This document shows positions 38,905-51,506 of a stretch of DNA of 64,000 nt, piece after piece. Both the position numbers and the translations under genes were made by a program. The notes below the pieces were generated by a model, which was given only the letters and a program-made list of their open reading frames with translations, had not been told where the DNA came from and did no database searches. Numbering within the stretch: position 1 is the stretch's first letter; each line of letters starts with the position of its first letter. The DNA lies in the NCBI GenBank assembly GCA_041687695.1, contig JAWLBL010000037.1, positions 1 to 64,000 of the forward strand, written 5' to 3'. Source of the stretch: Myxococcota bacterium. Its GTDB lineage: Bacteria > Myxococcota_A > UBA9042 > PHBI01 > JAWLBL01.

Positions 38905-40923
38905 TCAATGGACCAGCTCGAGCGACCACTTCACGATCTGGCCCTGGTCGCCGTAGGCGTCGGTGTCGACCACGGTCAGGGTCCACGGTCCCGCCGTCGA
39001 CGCGCCGTTGAAGGCCGCCAGATCCCACGTCTTGTCGAGGGTCTGCGCGCCGGCGCCCTCCTGGTCGTGCAGCGTGACGCGCAGCGGGCCATGGGCCAGC
39101 TCGATCCTGAGGGCGCCGACGTAGTCGTGCTTCACCTCGACGTGGACCTTGACGGCCTTGATCACCTTGCTCTCGCCGATCTCGAGGGTGCTGGTCGCGC
39201 CCGCCGGCGTGTTGTCGGGGATGCTGACCGGCGCCTCGGACGAGGCGAGGACGCTGCCTGGCGCCACGGGGGCCTCGCCGTCGGTCGTCAGGAGCTTGAG
39301 CGACCAGCGGACCAGCTCACCGACGTCGGCGTTGGCGTGGTCGCTGACCCCCAGGACCCACACGCCCTCGAGCTGCGCGCCGGCCAGCCCCGTCGCCTTG
39401 AAGGTCTTGACCACGTCGTCCTGGCTGCCGCCGGTGCGGTCGTGCAGGACCACCCGCTGCCCGTCCTTCTCGATCCAGACCTTCAGGTCGCCGACGTACG
39501 TGTGACGGATCTCGACCTCGACCTCGACCGAGCGCGCCGTGCCCGGCAGGCCGACGTGCAGCTCGCTGGTGACGCCCTCGGGGGTGTTGTCCGGGATGGA
39601 CATGGCCGGCTCCTCGGTCAGCACGACCAGCTCGCCGTCCTCGGGCTCGGCGTCCGCGGGCTGACGCGACTGGGCGATGAGGCTCCGGACCAGCGCCGTG
39701 TCGATGTAGGGGTTGCCGCCGCGAGCCTCGATGGGCAGCCACAGGAAGTCGGGGTGGCTCTGCCGCGAGTAGCCGATCCACTCGCCGCCGTTGACCTTGC
39801 CGTCGGCGTCGACCTCGAGCACGTAGTGGTAGCGGTCCGAGCGCGTGTACTCCGTGATGACGTCGGTCAGCGGCTTGGTCTCGGGGTGCGACTCGGTGAT
39901 GTAGTACGTCGTCGACTCGACCTCGTAGAACTTGACGGCCTTGGGGTTGATCTCGGCGTAGGTGCTGCCCTCGGGGCGCTCGAGCAGGCGCAGGGCGTCC
40001 GCCTCGGTGATCTCGTCCATGCGGTCGACCTTCCACTCGAGGATGGGCTGGTTCCACACCTCGTAGTCGTAGGTGCGGTCCTCGGCGATGGGCCGCTTCA
40101 TCAGGCCCAGGAAGTTCGCCATGATGACGTGGAACGACCCGGCGTTCGTGTCCCGGCACACGTCGTCGGTCAGGCGTCCGGTCTCGTCGCGCTTCACCTC
40201 TTTGTCGTTGCAGCGCCCGCCGACCAGGATGGCCGAAGCCCGGTCGTACTGCATGATGATGAGGGCCTTGATGTCGCTGACGTCGAAGGTCACGCCGTTG
40301 TGGGTGACGGCGCGCAGCGGCTCGGGCTCCAGCATGGCCGCCGGCACCCACGCGTGGCACAGCCCCCACCAGGTCTCGACCCCGTCCCGGTCGTCGCACT
40401 CGTCGGTCTGCCCGTCCTTGTCGTTGTCCACGCCGTCCCGCGCCTTGGCGTTGCCCTTGTTCGCGCTGACCCAGCGGGCGGCCGGCCCCAGGCCGTCGTA
40501 GTAGGCCCGATCCCAGCTCTGGTCCTTGCAGCGCTGGGCCGTGTAGGGCTTGAGGTCCATGAACCCGTCGGCCGGCGTCCAGCCGTTGAAGGCGTGGTCG
40601 TACTTCTCGGCCGGGCTCAGGACGTCGTCGCCCTGCCAGCGGACGTTGATGCTGTCCTCGTAGGTCGGCCAGTAGGTGTCCGGCCACGGGACCGTCTCGC
40701 TCAGCCCCGAGGTCGGCAGCTGGTCGATGCGGTACTCGAGCTGCACGTTGAGCCGCTCGGGGTTGTTGATGGCGTTCCACTGGTCGGCTTTGCCGCCGGC
40801 GGGCTTGGCCTCCGTGGCGGGGCGGGCCGGCAGCTCGGTCGCAGCGTCGCAGGCGGTCAGCCCCAGGCTGACCAGCACGAGGGGCAGGGCGAGGGTCGTC
40901 CAGAGCGGGTCGTGACGTCGCAT
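38905..40923 (-). CDS. Transglutaminase-elicitor (GP42-like) lipoprotein with two C-terminal proprotein-convertase P domains
   Basis: Lipobox LGLTAC; PWPDTYWP...DSINVRW, LSPAEKYD.AF, WWGLCHAW, NAGSFH, EVWNQP, YHYVLE..GGEW and HPDFLW; two SIPDN...H.YVG.L...G.W.L.V.D...D.G...WSL domains. Confidence 0.85.
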   Translation of the reverse strand: MRRHDPLWTTLALPLVLVSLGLTACDAATELPARPATEAKPAGGKADQWNAINNPERLNVQLEYRIDQLPTSGLSETVPWPDTYWPTYEDSINVRWQGDDVLSPAEKYDHAFNGWTPADGFMDLKPYTAQRCKDQSWDRAYYDGLGPAARWVSANKGNAKARDGVDNDKDGQTDECDDRDGVETWWGLCHAWVPAAMLEPEPLRAVTHNGVTFDVSDIKALIIMQYDRASAILVGGRCNDKEVKRDETGRLTDDVCRDTNAGSFHVIMANFLGLMKRPIAEDRTYDYEVWNQPILEWKVDRMDEITEADALRLLERPEGSTYAEINPKAVKFYEVESTTYYITESHPETKPLTDVITEYTRSDRYHYVLEVDADGKVNGGEWIGYSRQSHPDFLWLPIEARGGNPYIDTALVRSLIAQSRQPADAEPEDGELVVLTEEPAMSIPDNTPEGVTSELHVGLPGTARSVEVEVEIRHTYVGDLKVWIEKDGQRVVLHDRTGGSQDDVVKTFKATGLAGAQLEGVWVLGVSDHANADVGELVRWSLKLLTTDGEAPVAPGSVLASSEAPVSIPDNTPAGATSTLEIGESKVIKAVKVHVEVKHDYVGALRIELAHGPLRVTLHDQEGAGAQTLDKTWDLAAFNGASTAGPWTLTVVDTDAYGDQGQIVKWSLELVH

Positions 40924-40958
40924 GGCAGGTTCCTTGGCGTGTGGGTGCCCGCCGCCCA

Positions 40959-40974
40959 TGCAGGTGTCATGCCA
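40959..40974 (-). promoter_or_regulatory. Candidate sigma54 promoter of the transglutaminase gene
   Basis: Minus strand TGGCATGACACCTGCA (GG-N10-GC), 35 bp upstream of ATG 40923. Confidence 0.62.
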
Positions 40975-41016
40975 TGCGCGGCCCCGAGGCGCCGCAACGC
41001 CCGTCACCGGCGCGCT

Positions 41017-41091
41017 GGGGTCACGCGACCCCGCCTGTCACGTCGCCATGCGGCCCCAGCGGGTGGGGTCCGCGGACCCCGCCCCTGTCAC
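41017..41091. repeat. Two direct repeats, each an internal palindrome followed by ctgtcac
   Basis: ggggtcacgcgaccccgcctgtcac (41017-41041) and ggggtccgcggaccccgcccctgtcac (41065-41091). Confidence 0.65.
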
Positions 41092-41104
41092 CGAGTAGCC
41101 CGCC

Positions 41105-43378
41105 TCAGGCGGTCGTCAGGAACCGCGCCATGATCTTCCGCTCGCCCGTCGCGAACCGCACGCGCGCGATGGCCTTGTCGCCCGAGCCGCTGACGTCCAC
41201 GACCCGCCCCTGCCCGAACTGCGGGTGGAAGACGGCGCTGCCCGGCCCGACCGCGCCCCCGCTGGGCGGCGCCTGGCTGAACTCGTCGTAGGCCGGCATC
41301 GCCTGGTTGAACTCGTCCCACGCCGGCTGGGCCGGGGCCCGCCGCGCCGGGGCCTGGGGTCCGCCGTACCCGCCGAGGCCGCCGCCGAACCCCAGCCCGC
41401 CGCCGCTGACCGGCGTCCGCGCGCTGGCCCGCGCCCGCGCCAGCGCGCTGGCCGGCTCGAGGCAGTGCGCCGGCAGCCCGTCCAGGAAGCGACTGGGCGA
41501 GGCGTCCTGGAACGTCCCGAACCGCCGCCGCCGGAAGGCGTGGCTCAGGTGCAGCACGTGCCGCGCCCGGGTCATCGCCACGTACAGCAGGCGCCGCTCC
41601 TCCTCGACCCCGTCGCGGTCGGCGCTGTTGAAGTGGGGCAGCAGCCCCTCCTCGATGCCGGTGACGAAGACGACGTCGAACTCGAGCCCCTTGGCCGTGT
41701 GCGCGGTCATCATCAGCACCGCGTCCTGCTCGGTGTCGGCGCGGTCGATGTCGCTGACCAGCGCGACCTGGTCCAGGAACGCCGCCAGGCTGGCCTCGCC
41801 CGTGATCTCGCCGTACTCGGCGATGGCGTTGAGCAGCTCCTTGACGTTCTCGACGCGGCCCTCGGCCTCCAGCGTGCGCTCGGCCTCGAGGCGCTCGATG
41901 TAGCGCGTCCGCTCGATGACCGCCTGCGCCACCGCCAGGGCGCTCTGGGTGCGCGCCATCTCTTGTAGGCCCTCCATGAGCTCGACGAAGGGCTTGAGCT
42001 TCTTCTGGACCGCCTGGCGCCCCGACTCGGCCAGCCGCTGCAGGGCCGCCCAGAAGGTCAGCCGCTCCTGCTCGGCCAGGGTCGCGACGATCTCGAGCGT
42101 CCCCTTGCCGATGCCGCGGGTCGGCGTGTTGACGATGCGCTCGAGGCTGACCACGTCGCGCGGGTTCGCCACGACCTTCAGGTAGGCCAGGATGTCCTTG
42201 ACCTCCATGCGATCGTAGAACTTCAGGCCGCCGACCACCGCGTGGGGCAGGCCGTGCATGCGGAAGGCGTCTTCGAACGAGCGGCTCTGCGCGTTGGTCC
42301 GATAGAAGATGGCCACCTCGCGCAGCCGATAGCGCCCGCGCAGCCCCTGGATCTGCCGCGCCACCCACTCGGCCTCGGCGCGGTCGTCCTCGGCCTCGTA
42401 CAGCTTCACCGGGTCGCCGGCGTCGCGCTCGGTCCACAGGGTCTTGCCGTGCCGCGTCGTGTTCTGCGCGATGAGGGCGCCCGAGACCTCGAGGATGTTG
42501 CCGCTCGACCGGTAGTTGCGCTCGAGCCGGATGACCTTCGCGTCCGGGAAGTCCTTGTCGAACCCCAGGATGTTCTCGATCTCGGCCCCGCGCCACCGGT
42601 AGATGCTCTGGTCGTCGTCGCCGACCACGCAGATGCGGCGGCGGTCGTTCAGGACCGCCCGCAGCAGCGCGTACTGCGCGTGGTTGGTGTCCTGGAACTC
42701 GTCGACCAGGATGTACTGCCAGCGCTGCTTGAACTCGCTGGCTACCATCGGGAACTCGCGCATCAGGCGCAGCGGCAGGTAGATGAGGTCGCCGAAGTCG
42801 ACCGCGCCCGCGGCGCGCATCTCGCGCTCGTAGTGCTCGTAGATCTGGTGGTGCTTGCGGTCGGTGAAGCTGCCGCGCGGCACGTTCGGGTCGTCGGGCC
42901 CCTGGCAGTCCTGCTTGGCCTGGTTGATGTAGTGCTGGACCTTCTTGAGCGGGAAGGCCTTGTCCGAGATGTTCAGCGCCGCCATCGAGCGGCCGATCAT
43001 CTTGGCCTGGTCGTCCGAGTCGTAGATGACGAAGGACGGCGGCAGCCCCAGCAGGCCCCCGTGCTGGCGCAGCACCCGGACGCCGATCGAGTGGAACGTG
43101 CCCAGCCACAGGTTGCCCGCGTCGGCCCCCAGCAGGCGCGCGCAGCGCTCGCGCATCTCGCCCGCGGCCTTGTTGGTGAAGGTCACGGCCAGGATCTGCC
43201 ACGGGCGCACGCCCTCGCGCTGGATGAGCCAGGCGATCTTGTGCGTGATGACGCGCGTCTTGCCCGAGCCGGCGCCGGCCAGCAGCAGCAGCGGGCCGTC
43301 GTTGGCCAGCACGGCCTCGCGCTGCGGCGGGTTGAGGTCGCGGACGAGCGGGTCGGTGTCGAGTTCGGCGAGCTTCAC
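41105..43378 (-). CDS. pcrA: ATP-dependent DNA helicase PcrA/UvrD
   Basis: LNPPQ, AGAGSGKT, TFTNKAA, VDEFQDTN, VGDDDQSIY, NYRS, HTAKGLEF, EERRLLYVAMTRA and Tudor-like C-terminus (HPQFGQG). Confidence 0.95.
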   Translation of the reverse strand: MKLAELDTDPLVRDLNPPQREAVLANDGPLLLLAGAGSGKTRVITHKIAWLIQREGVRPWQILAVTFTNKAAGEMRERCARLLGADAGNLWLGTFHSIGVRVLRQHGGLLGLPPSFVIYDSDDQAKMIGRSMAALNISDKAFPLKKVQHYINQAKQDCQGPDDPNVPRGSFTDRKHHQIYEHYEREMRAAGAVDFGDLIYLPLRLMREFPMVASEFKQRWQYILVDEFQDTNHAQYALLRAVLNDRRRICVVGDDDQSIYRWRGAEIENILGFDKDFPDAKVIRLERNYRSSGNILEVSGALIAQNTTRHGKTLWTERDAGDPVKLYEAEDDRAEAEWVARQIQGLRGRYRLREVAIFYRTNAQSRSFEDAFRMHGLPHAVVGGLKFYDRMEVKDILAYLKVVANPRDVVSLERIVNTPTRGIGKGTLEIVATLAEQERLTFWAALQRLAESGRQAVQKKLKPFVELMEGLQEMARTQSALAVAQAVIERTRYIERLEAERTLEAEGRVENVKELLNAIAEYGEITGEASLAAFLDQVALVSDIDRADTEQDAVLMMTAHTAKGLEFDVVFVTGIEEGLLPHFNSADRDGVEEERRLLYVAMTRARHVLHLSHAFRRRRFGTFQDASPSRFLDGLPAHCLEPASALARARASARTPVSGGGLGFGGGLGGYGGPQAPARRAPAQPAWDEFNQAMPAYDEFSQAPPSGGAVGPGSAVFHPQFGQGRVVDVSGSGDKAIARVRFATGERKIMARFLTTA

Positions 43379-43457
43379 GGGGCCAGAACCCTAGAGCAAC
43401 CGACCCGATTTCGCCACCGGCAGGTGCGTCGACCCGCCGGCGGCGCGCGGCGCCGAC

Positions 43458-45289
<1,832 letters not shown>

Positions 45290-45290
<1 letters not shown>

Positions 45291-46786
45291 CAGCCTTGGC
45301 TCCCTTCCGGGCCCGACCCGGACTCCGACCCCCGGGCCGCCGACTTGGCGGCCTTGGCCCGGGCCTTCGCTTCCTCGCGCGGCCGACGCCGCCGCTCGTA
45401 GTAACCCTCGCGCACCTGCTGCGTCGTCCGGCTCAGGACCAGCGCCCCCTCGGGCACGTCGTCCGTCACCGTCGTCCCGGCGGCCACCGTCGCGTTGCGC
45501 CCCACCCGCACCGGCGCCACCAGCTGCGTGTCGCTGCCGACGAACACGCCGTCCTCGAGCACGGTCACGTGCTTGTCCACGCCGTCGTAGTTGCAGGTGA
45601 TGGTCCCGGCGCCGACGTTCACGTCGCGCCCGATCTCGCAGTCGCCCAGGTAGCTCAGGTGGCTCGCCTTGCTGCCCTGGCCCAGCACGGCCTTCTTCGT
45701 CTCGACGAAGTTGCCGACCTTCACGTCCTGCCCCAGCACCGTCCCCGGCCGCAGATGCGCGAACGGCCCGGCCGCCACCCCCGGCCCCAGCCTCGCGCCC
45801 TCGGCCACCACGTACGGCTTGAGGTGCACGCCGTCGGCCAACTCGCAGTCGCGCAGCACGGCCCCGGCCTCGACATGGCACCCGCGCCCGATCCGCGTGC
45901 GCCCCAGCAGCTGCACGTTCGGCCCCAGGACCGTGTCCACGCCGATCTCGACCTCGGCCTCGATGCGCGCGCTCGCCGGGTCGTGCATCGTCACCCCGGC
46001 CTCCATGTGCCGCCGGTTGACCCGCCCCCGCAGCACGGCCTCCAGCTCGGCCAGCTGCGCCCGCGTGTTCACGCCCGCGAGACGGCTCGGGTCGCGCAGC
46101 ACGAAGCCGCGCACGCGCCCGCCGCGCCCCGCGACCAGGTGCACCACGTCGGTCAGGTACAGCTCGCCCTGCGCGTTGTCGGGCCGCACCTGCCGCAGCG
46201 TCTCGACCAGCGCCTTGCGGTCGACCAGGTACAGGCCGGCGTTGACCTCTGCGATGGCGCGCTGCGCGTCGGTCGCGTCGCGGTGCTCGACGATGCGCGC
46301 CGGGTGGCCGTGCTCGCCCCGCACCACGCGCCCATACCCGGTCGGGTCGTCCACGACGAAGCTGGTCACCGTCACGGTGGCCTGCGCGGCCTCGTGCACC
46401 TGCCGCAGCTGGCGCAAGGTCTCGCCGTCCAGCGCCGGCGTGTCGCCGCACAGGATCATCACGTCGTCGTAGCCCTCGGTCGCGTCGAGGGCCATCAGCA
46501 CCGCGTGCCCCGTCCCGCGCTGCTCGGCCTGCACGGCGAAGGCCAGGTCACGCCCCGGCAGGTGCGTCTCGAGCGCCGCCCGCACCGCGTCGGCCTGGTG
46601 CCCGACCACCACCACCACCCGATCGGCGCCGGCCTCGAGGGCCGCCTGCACCGGGTAGGTCACCATCGGCCGCCCCAGCAGCGGGTGGAGCACCTTGGCC
46701 TGCTCGGACCGCATGCGCGTCCCCTGGCCAGCCGCCAGCACCACCGCAACCAACTTCGCGCTCATCGGGGCTCCGTTCGTCGACAT
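45290..46786 (-). CDS. glmU: Bifunctional UDP-GlcNAc pyrophosphorylase / GlcN-1-P acetyltransferase
   Basis: LAAGQGTRMRS, QRGTGHA, YLTD, hexapeptide repeats, HLSYLGD and TITCNYDG; TGATG overlap with glmS. Confidence 0.97.
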
Positions 46787-46905
46787 CGCGGCATCCTATG
46801 CGCGCGCCCCGCTGGGCGCCAGAACGAGCGTCCGTGCGTCCCGCGGAAAGGGCGGCACACCCACTGGGTAGTGTCCGAACCGGTCCTCGGGTAGTCTCCG
46901 GCGGC

Positions 46906-49902
46906 ATGCAGCCTGCCCACCTCGCGCGCTGGAGCGCCGCCCTCGACGACGCCGCCGCGCGCGTCCCCGACTTCGAGCGGGCCGAGATGCTCGCGTGCCT
47001 CGAGCGCCTCGCCGACGTGGCCCCGCCCGAGGCCGCCGAAGCCGCCGACCCCGCGCTGCTCGTCGCCGCCACCGAGGGCTCGCGCTTTCTGCGGCGCTTC
47101 CTGGTCCGCCACCCCGACGCCCTGGACGAGCTGACGGCCCTGCCGCCCGTCCGCGACCGCGAGGCCTGGATCGAGCGCCTCGCGCCCGACGTCGCCGCGG
47201 CCGCCGACGACCCGGCCCTGATGCGCGTCCTGCGCATCCACCGCCACCGCGCCTTCCTGGCCCTGTCGGCCCGCGAGGCCATCACCCACGACCCCCTGGC
47301 GACCGGCGCGGATCTCTCCGCCTTCGCCAGCGCCGCCCTCGAGCTGACCCTGCGCCGCTGGCAGCAGTGGCTCCAGCCCCGCTTCGGCCTGCCGCGCCTG
47401 TCGGACGGCCGCGTCTGCCCCGCGGTCGCCATGGGGATGGGCAAGCTCGGCGCCGGCGAGCTCAACGTCTCGAGCGACATCGACCTCATCTGGGTCTACG
47501 CCTCGGACGACGGCGAGACGGACGGCGCGGCCGGCCTCGGGCGCGTGGTCGACCTGCACACCTACTTCACGCGGCTGTTCGAGCGGGTCGGCCGCACCCT
47601 GTCGACGGTCACCGACGAGGGCTTCGTCTTCCGCGTCGACCTCAACCTGCGGCCCGAGGGGCGCAGCGGCCCGCTGTGCAACAGCCTGGACGGGCTCGAG
47701 CGCTACTACGAGGCCTTCGGCCACTCGTGGGAGCGCCTGGCCTGGATCAAGGCCAGCCCGGTGGCCGGCGACGCCGAGCTGGGCGAGCGGGTGCTCGAGA
47801 CGCTGGCGCCCTTCGTGTACCGGCGGCACCTCGACGAGGCCTTCCTCGACGAGGTCTCCATCATGAAGCAGCGCATCGACGCGCGGGCGACGCGGCTCGG
47901 GCAGGGCGACGGCTTCGACGTCAAGCTGGGCCACGGGGGCATCCGCGAGATCGAGTTCGCGGTGCAGGCGCTGCAGCTCATCTGGGGCGGCCGGCTGCCC
48001 GAGCTGCGGGCGCGCGACACGCGGACGGCGCTGACGCGGCTCAGCCTGGCCGGGCTGCTCGAGGCGGGCGAGGCCGACCGCCTGCTCGGGGCGTACCGCC
48101 TGCTGCGGCGGCTCGAGCACTCGGTGCAGTGGCTGGACGACCGGCAGACCCACTGGCTGGCGGGCGAGCCGCGGGCGCAGGCGCTGGCGGCGGCGGCGAC
48201 CGGGCATGGCGTCGGGGCGGCGGCGGTGCAGGCCTTCGAGGCGCGGCTGGCCGACAAGCGCCGGCGGGTCCGCGAGGCGTTCGACGCCGTGCTGGCGGGC
48301 GAGGCGGGCACGTCGGCGGACGCGACCGACCAGGCGGTCGCCGTGGCGCTCGATCCCGAGACGACGCGCGAGGGGCGGGCGGCCGCGCTGGGCGAGCTGG
48401 GGTTCCGGGCGCCCGAGGCGTCCATCGACCGCATCGCGGCGCTGACGCGGCGGCCCGAGAGCCCGTTCCACCCGCGGCAGATGGCGCGGGGCGGCGAGCT
48501 GGCGAGGAAGCTGCTGGCGGCGGTGGCGACGACGCCCGATCCGGACGCGGCGCTGTCGCACCTCGAGAGCCTGGTGCGCGTGCTGCGGCATCGGACCGGC
48601 GCCTTCGACCAGCTGGCCGAGGACCCGCGGCGGCTGCGGACGCTGATGGGCCTGTTCGGGTCGAGCCACTACCTGTCGCGGCTGCTGGTGCGCTTCCCGG
48701 GGCTGCTCGACCGGCTGGTCTTCGACGGCAGCGAGCCGGCGGTGAAGTCGCGGCGGGATCTGGCGGCCGCGCTGGCCGCCGAGCCGGGGCTGGCGGCCCC
48801 CGACGCCGACTGGGAGGACCTGCTCAACGGGGTGCGGCGCTTTCATCAGGCCGAGGTGCTGCGCGTCGGCTTCTTCGATCTGGCCGGGGTCATCGACACG
48901 GCCTCGGTGGGGCGGCAGCTGTCGGATCTCGCGGACGTCATCGTGGTCCGCGTGCTCGAGGCGGCCACCGGGCAGCTGGTCGAGCGGCTGGGGCCCGGCG
49001 CCGAGGGGCTGGGCGTGGTCGCGATGGGCAAGCTGGCCGGGCGCGAGCTGGGCTACGGCAGCGATCTGGACCTCATCTTCCTGTTCGACGAGGCGCGCTC
49101 GGACGGGCCGAGCATGACGCGGGTCGCGCAGCGGGTCATCACGGGGCTGTCCTGCGCGACGCCGCAGGGGTCGCTGTACGACATCGACACGCGGCTGCGG
49201 CCCAGCGGCAACCAGGGGCCGCTGGTGGTGACGTGGCAGCGGCTGGTCGGCTACCACGCCGGCGAGGCGCAGGTCTGGGAGAAGCAGGCGGCGCTGAGGT
49301 CGCGCCTGGTGGCCGGCGCGCCGGTGCTGGGTGAGACGGTCGAGACGCTGCGGCGGCAGACGCTGGGGTCGCTGGGGGGCGAGCGGGCGCGGGCGGCGGC
49401 CGAGATCGCGGGGATGCGCGGGCGGCTCGAGCGCGAGGTCGCGGCGGAGGACGCGCACCACTACGATCTGAAGGCGGGGCTGGGCGGGCTCAACGACGTC
49501 GAGTTCCTGGTGCAGTTCCTGCAGCTGACGCTGACGGGGCCGGCGCTCGAGGCGGCGCGCGCCGGGGCGGCGGCGGGGTCGCCGAACACGGCGGTGGCGC
49601 TGGGGGGGCTGGCCGAGGTCGGGGCGCTCGACGGCGAGGACGCGCGGATGGCGCAAGAGGGCTACGCGTGGCTGCGGCGCCTCGAGAGCCGGCTGCGCAT
49701 CGTGCACGACCGGCCGGTGGGGACGCTGCGGCGGCCGAGCGGCGAGGGCGGCCCGGGGGACGACGAGCTGCGGCGCCTGGCGCTGCGCATGGGCTACGGC
49801 GACGCGCCCGGGGCGGGCCCGGTCGAGGACCTCTTCGCCGACTACGAGCGCTACCGGACGGCGATCCGGGCGCTGTTCGAGCAGGTCGTCGGCGGGCCCT
49901 GA
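46906..49902 (+). CDS. glnE: Glutamine synthetase adenylyltransferase / adenylyl-removing enzyme
   Basis: Two nucleotidyltransferase halves: MGKLGAGELNVSSDIDL..RVDLNLRPEG and MGKLAGRELGYGSDLDL..IDTRLRPSGNQG; also GGIREIEF and GGLNDVEF. Confidence 0.95.
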   Translation: MQPAHLARWSAALDDAAARVPDFERAEMLACLERLADVAPPEAAEAADPALLVAATEGSRFLRRFLVRHPDALDELTALPPVRDREAWIERLAPDVAAAADDPALMRVLRIHRHRAFLALSAREAITHDPLATGADLSAFASAALELTLRRWQQWLQPRFGLPRLSDGRVCPAVAMGMGKLGAGELNVSSDIDLIWVYASDDGETDGAAGLGRVVDLHTYFTRLFERVGRTLSTVTDEGFVFRVDLNLRPEGRSGPLCNSLDGLERYYEAFGHSWERLAWIKASPVAGDAELGERVLETLAPFVYRRHLDEAFLDEVSIMKQRIDARATRLGQGDGFDVKLGHGGIREIEFAVQALQLIWGGRLPELRARDTRTALTRLSLAGLLEAGEADRLLGAYRLLRRLEHSVQWLDDRQTHWLAGEPRAQALAAAATGHGVGAAAVQAFEARLADKRRRVREAFDAVLAGEAGTSADATDQAVAVALDPETTREGRAAALGELGFRAPEASIDRIAALTRRPESPFHPRQMARGGELARKLLAAVATTPDPDAALSHLESLVRVLRHRTGAFDQLAEDPRRLRTLMGLFGSSHYLSRLLVRFPGLLDRLVFDGSEPAVKSRRDLAAALAAEPGLAAPDADWEDLLNGVRRFHQAEVLRVGFFDLAGVIDTASVGRQLSDLADVIVVRVLEAATGQLVERLGPGAEGLGVVAMGKLAGRELGYGSDLDLIFLFDEARSDGPSMTRVAQRVITGLSCATPQGSLYDIDTRLRPSGNQGPLVVTWQRLVGYHAGEAQVWEKQAALRSRLVAGAPVLGETVETLRRQTLGSLGGERARAAAEIAGMRGRLEREVAAEDAHHYDLKAGLGGLNDVEFLVQFLQLTLTGPALEAARAGAAAGSPNTAVALGGLAEVGALDGEDARMAQEGYAWLRRLESRLRIVHDRPVGTLRRPSGEGGPGDDELRRLALRMGYGDAPGAGPVEDLFADYERYRTAIRALFEQVVGGP

Positions 49903-50026
49903 AGGCCAGCGGGGCGGACATGCCGCGGCGGGTGACCGGGTTCTGGGATGGCGCCGCGCGCCCCGCTTGTGGTAGGGCAAGCCCGGACGATGACCGTCCG
50001 GCGCGCTGACCCGAGGAGACGAGCCC

Positions 50027-50965
50027 ATGATCAAGAAGGCCGACAAGATCTGGTTCAACGGTGAGCTGGTCCCGTGGGACGAGTGCAACGTGCACATCCT
50101 GACCCACACGTTGCACTACGGCCTGGGCGTCTTCGAGGGCATCCGCTCGTACCTGCGGGCCGACGGGCGCAGCGCCATCTTCCGCCTCGACGAGCACATC
50201 GAGCGCCTCGTGACCGGCGCGCGGATGATGACCATCCCGCTGCAGTACACCAAGCAGCAGCTCATCGACGCGACCATCGAGGTCTGCAAGGCCAACCACC
50301 TGCGCGAGTGCTACATCCGCCCGATCGCCTTCGTCGGCGCCGGCGCGATGGGCGTCGCCGCCATGAAGAACCCCACCGAGGTCGCCGTGGCCGCCTGGCC
50401 GTGGGGCGCCTACCTGGGCGACGACGGGCTGACCAAGGGCGTGCGCATCAAGACGTCGACCTTCGCCCGCCCGCACGTCAACAGCCAGCTGCACAAAGGC
50501 AAGGTCTGCGGGCACTACGTCAACTCGATCCTGGCCAAGCGCGAGGCCCTGCTCGACGGCTATGACGAGGCGCTGCTGCTCGACACGCAGGGCTACGTCA
50601 GCGAGGCCAGCGGCGAGAACGTCTTCGCCGTCATCAAGGGCGAGATCTTCACGCCGCCCTTCGGCGGGTCGATCCTGGGCGGCATCACCCGCGACACGCT
50701 GATCACCCTGGCGCGCGAGATGGGGCTGACCATCCGCGAGCAGCCCATGACGCGCGACGTGCTGTACATGGCCGACGAGGTCTTCATGTGCGGCACGGCC
50801 GCCGAGGTCACGCCGGTGCGCGAGATCGACCGCCGCGAGATCGGGCCGGGCCGCCCCGGGCCGGTCACGGTCGAGCTGCAGGCGCGCTACTTCGACGTGG
50901 TCAAGGGCAGCGACCAGGCCCACGAGCACTGGCTGACCTACTACGACGTCGACGCGAACCTCTGA
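50027..50965 (+). CDS. ilvE: Branched-chain amino acid aminotransferase
   Basis: [35 protein letters not shown] and CGTAAEVTP. Confidence 0.96.
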   Translation: MIKKADKIWFNGELVPWDECNVHILTHTLHYGLGVFEGIRSYLRADGRSAIFRLDEHIERLVTGARMMTIPLQYTKQQLIDATIEVCKANHLRECYIRPIAFVGAGAMGVAAMKNPTEVAVAAWPWGAYLGDDGLTKGVRIKTSTFARPHVNSQLHKGKVCGHYVNSILAKREALLDGYDEALLLDTQGYVSEASGENVFAVIKGEIFTPPFGGSILGGITRDTLITLAREMGLTIREQPMTRDVLYMADEVFMCGTAAEVTPVREIDRREIGPGRPGPVTVELQARYFDVVKGSDQAHEHWLTYYDVDANL

Positions 50966-50969
50966 GCCG

Positions 50970-51497
50970 TTGAGCTCGGGCCGCTACGACGAGCTGGCCG
51001 CCAAGGTCGACGCGTTCCACGCGCGCGTCGACCAGCGCCACCCAGGCGCGCTGACCTGCCGGGCCGGCTGCAGCCAGTGCTGCCACCAGCACCTGACCGT
51101 GCTGCCGCTCGAGATGGCGCGCATCACCCAGGCGGTGCGCGCCCTGCCCGAGGCCGAGAGGCTGGCCCTGCGCGCGCGGGTAGAGGCCGGCCCCGGCGCC
51201 GACCCGCGCTGCGTGCTGCTCGACGATGACGGCCGCTGCCGGACCTACGCGGCGCGCCCGCTCATCTGCCGCAGCCACGGGCTGCCGGTGCAGGTGCAGG
51301 ACGACGGCGGGGCGCGACGCGACGTGTGCCCGCTGAACTTCCCCGAAGGCCCGCCGGTCGAGGCGCTGGACGCGGACGTCGTGCTGGACGTCGAGCGGCT
51401 GAGCGGCCTGCTGGTCCTGCTCGACCGCTTCGAGGCGGGCGGGCGGGGCGAGCGCATCGATCTGTTCGCCGGGGTCGCCGCCGCGCTCGAGCCGTGA
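50970..51497 (+). CDS. YkgJ-family (CxxCxxCC) cysteine-cluster protein
   Basis: CRAGCSQCC, CVLL...C.TYAARPLICRSHG and CPLNF. Confidence 0.88.
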   Translation: MSSGRYDELAAKVDAFHARVDQRHPGALTCRAGCSQCCHQHLTVLPLEMARITQAVRALPEAERLALRARVEAGPGADPRCVLLDDDGRCRTYAARPLICRSHGLPVQVQDDGGARRDVCPLNFPEGPPVEALDADVVLDVERLSGLLVLLDRFEAGGRGERIDLFAGVAAALEP

Positions 51498-51506
51498 GGC
51501 CAAGCG

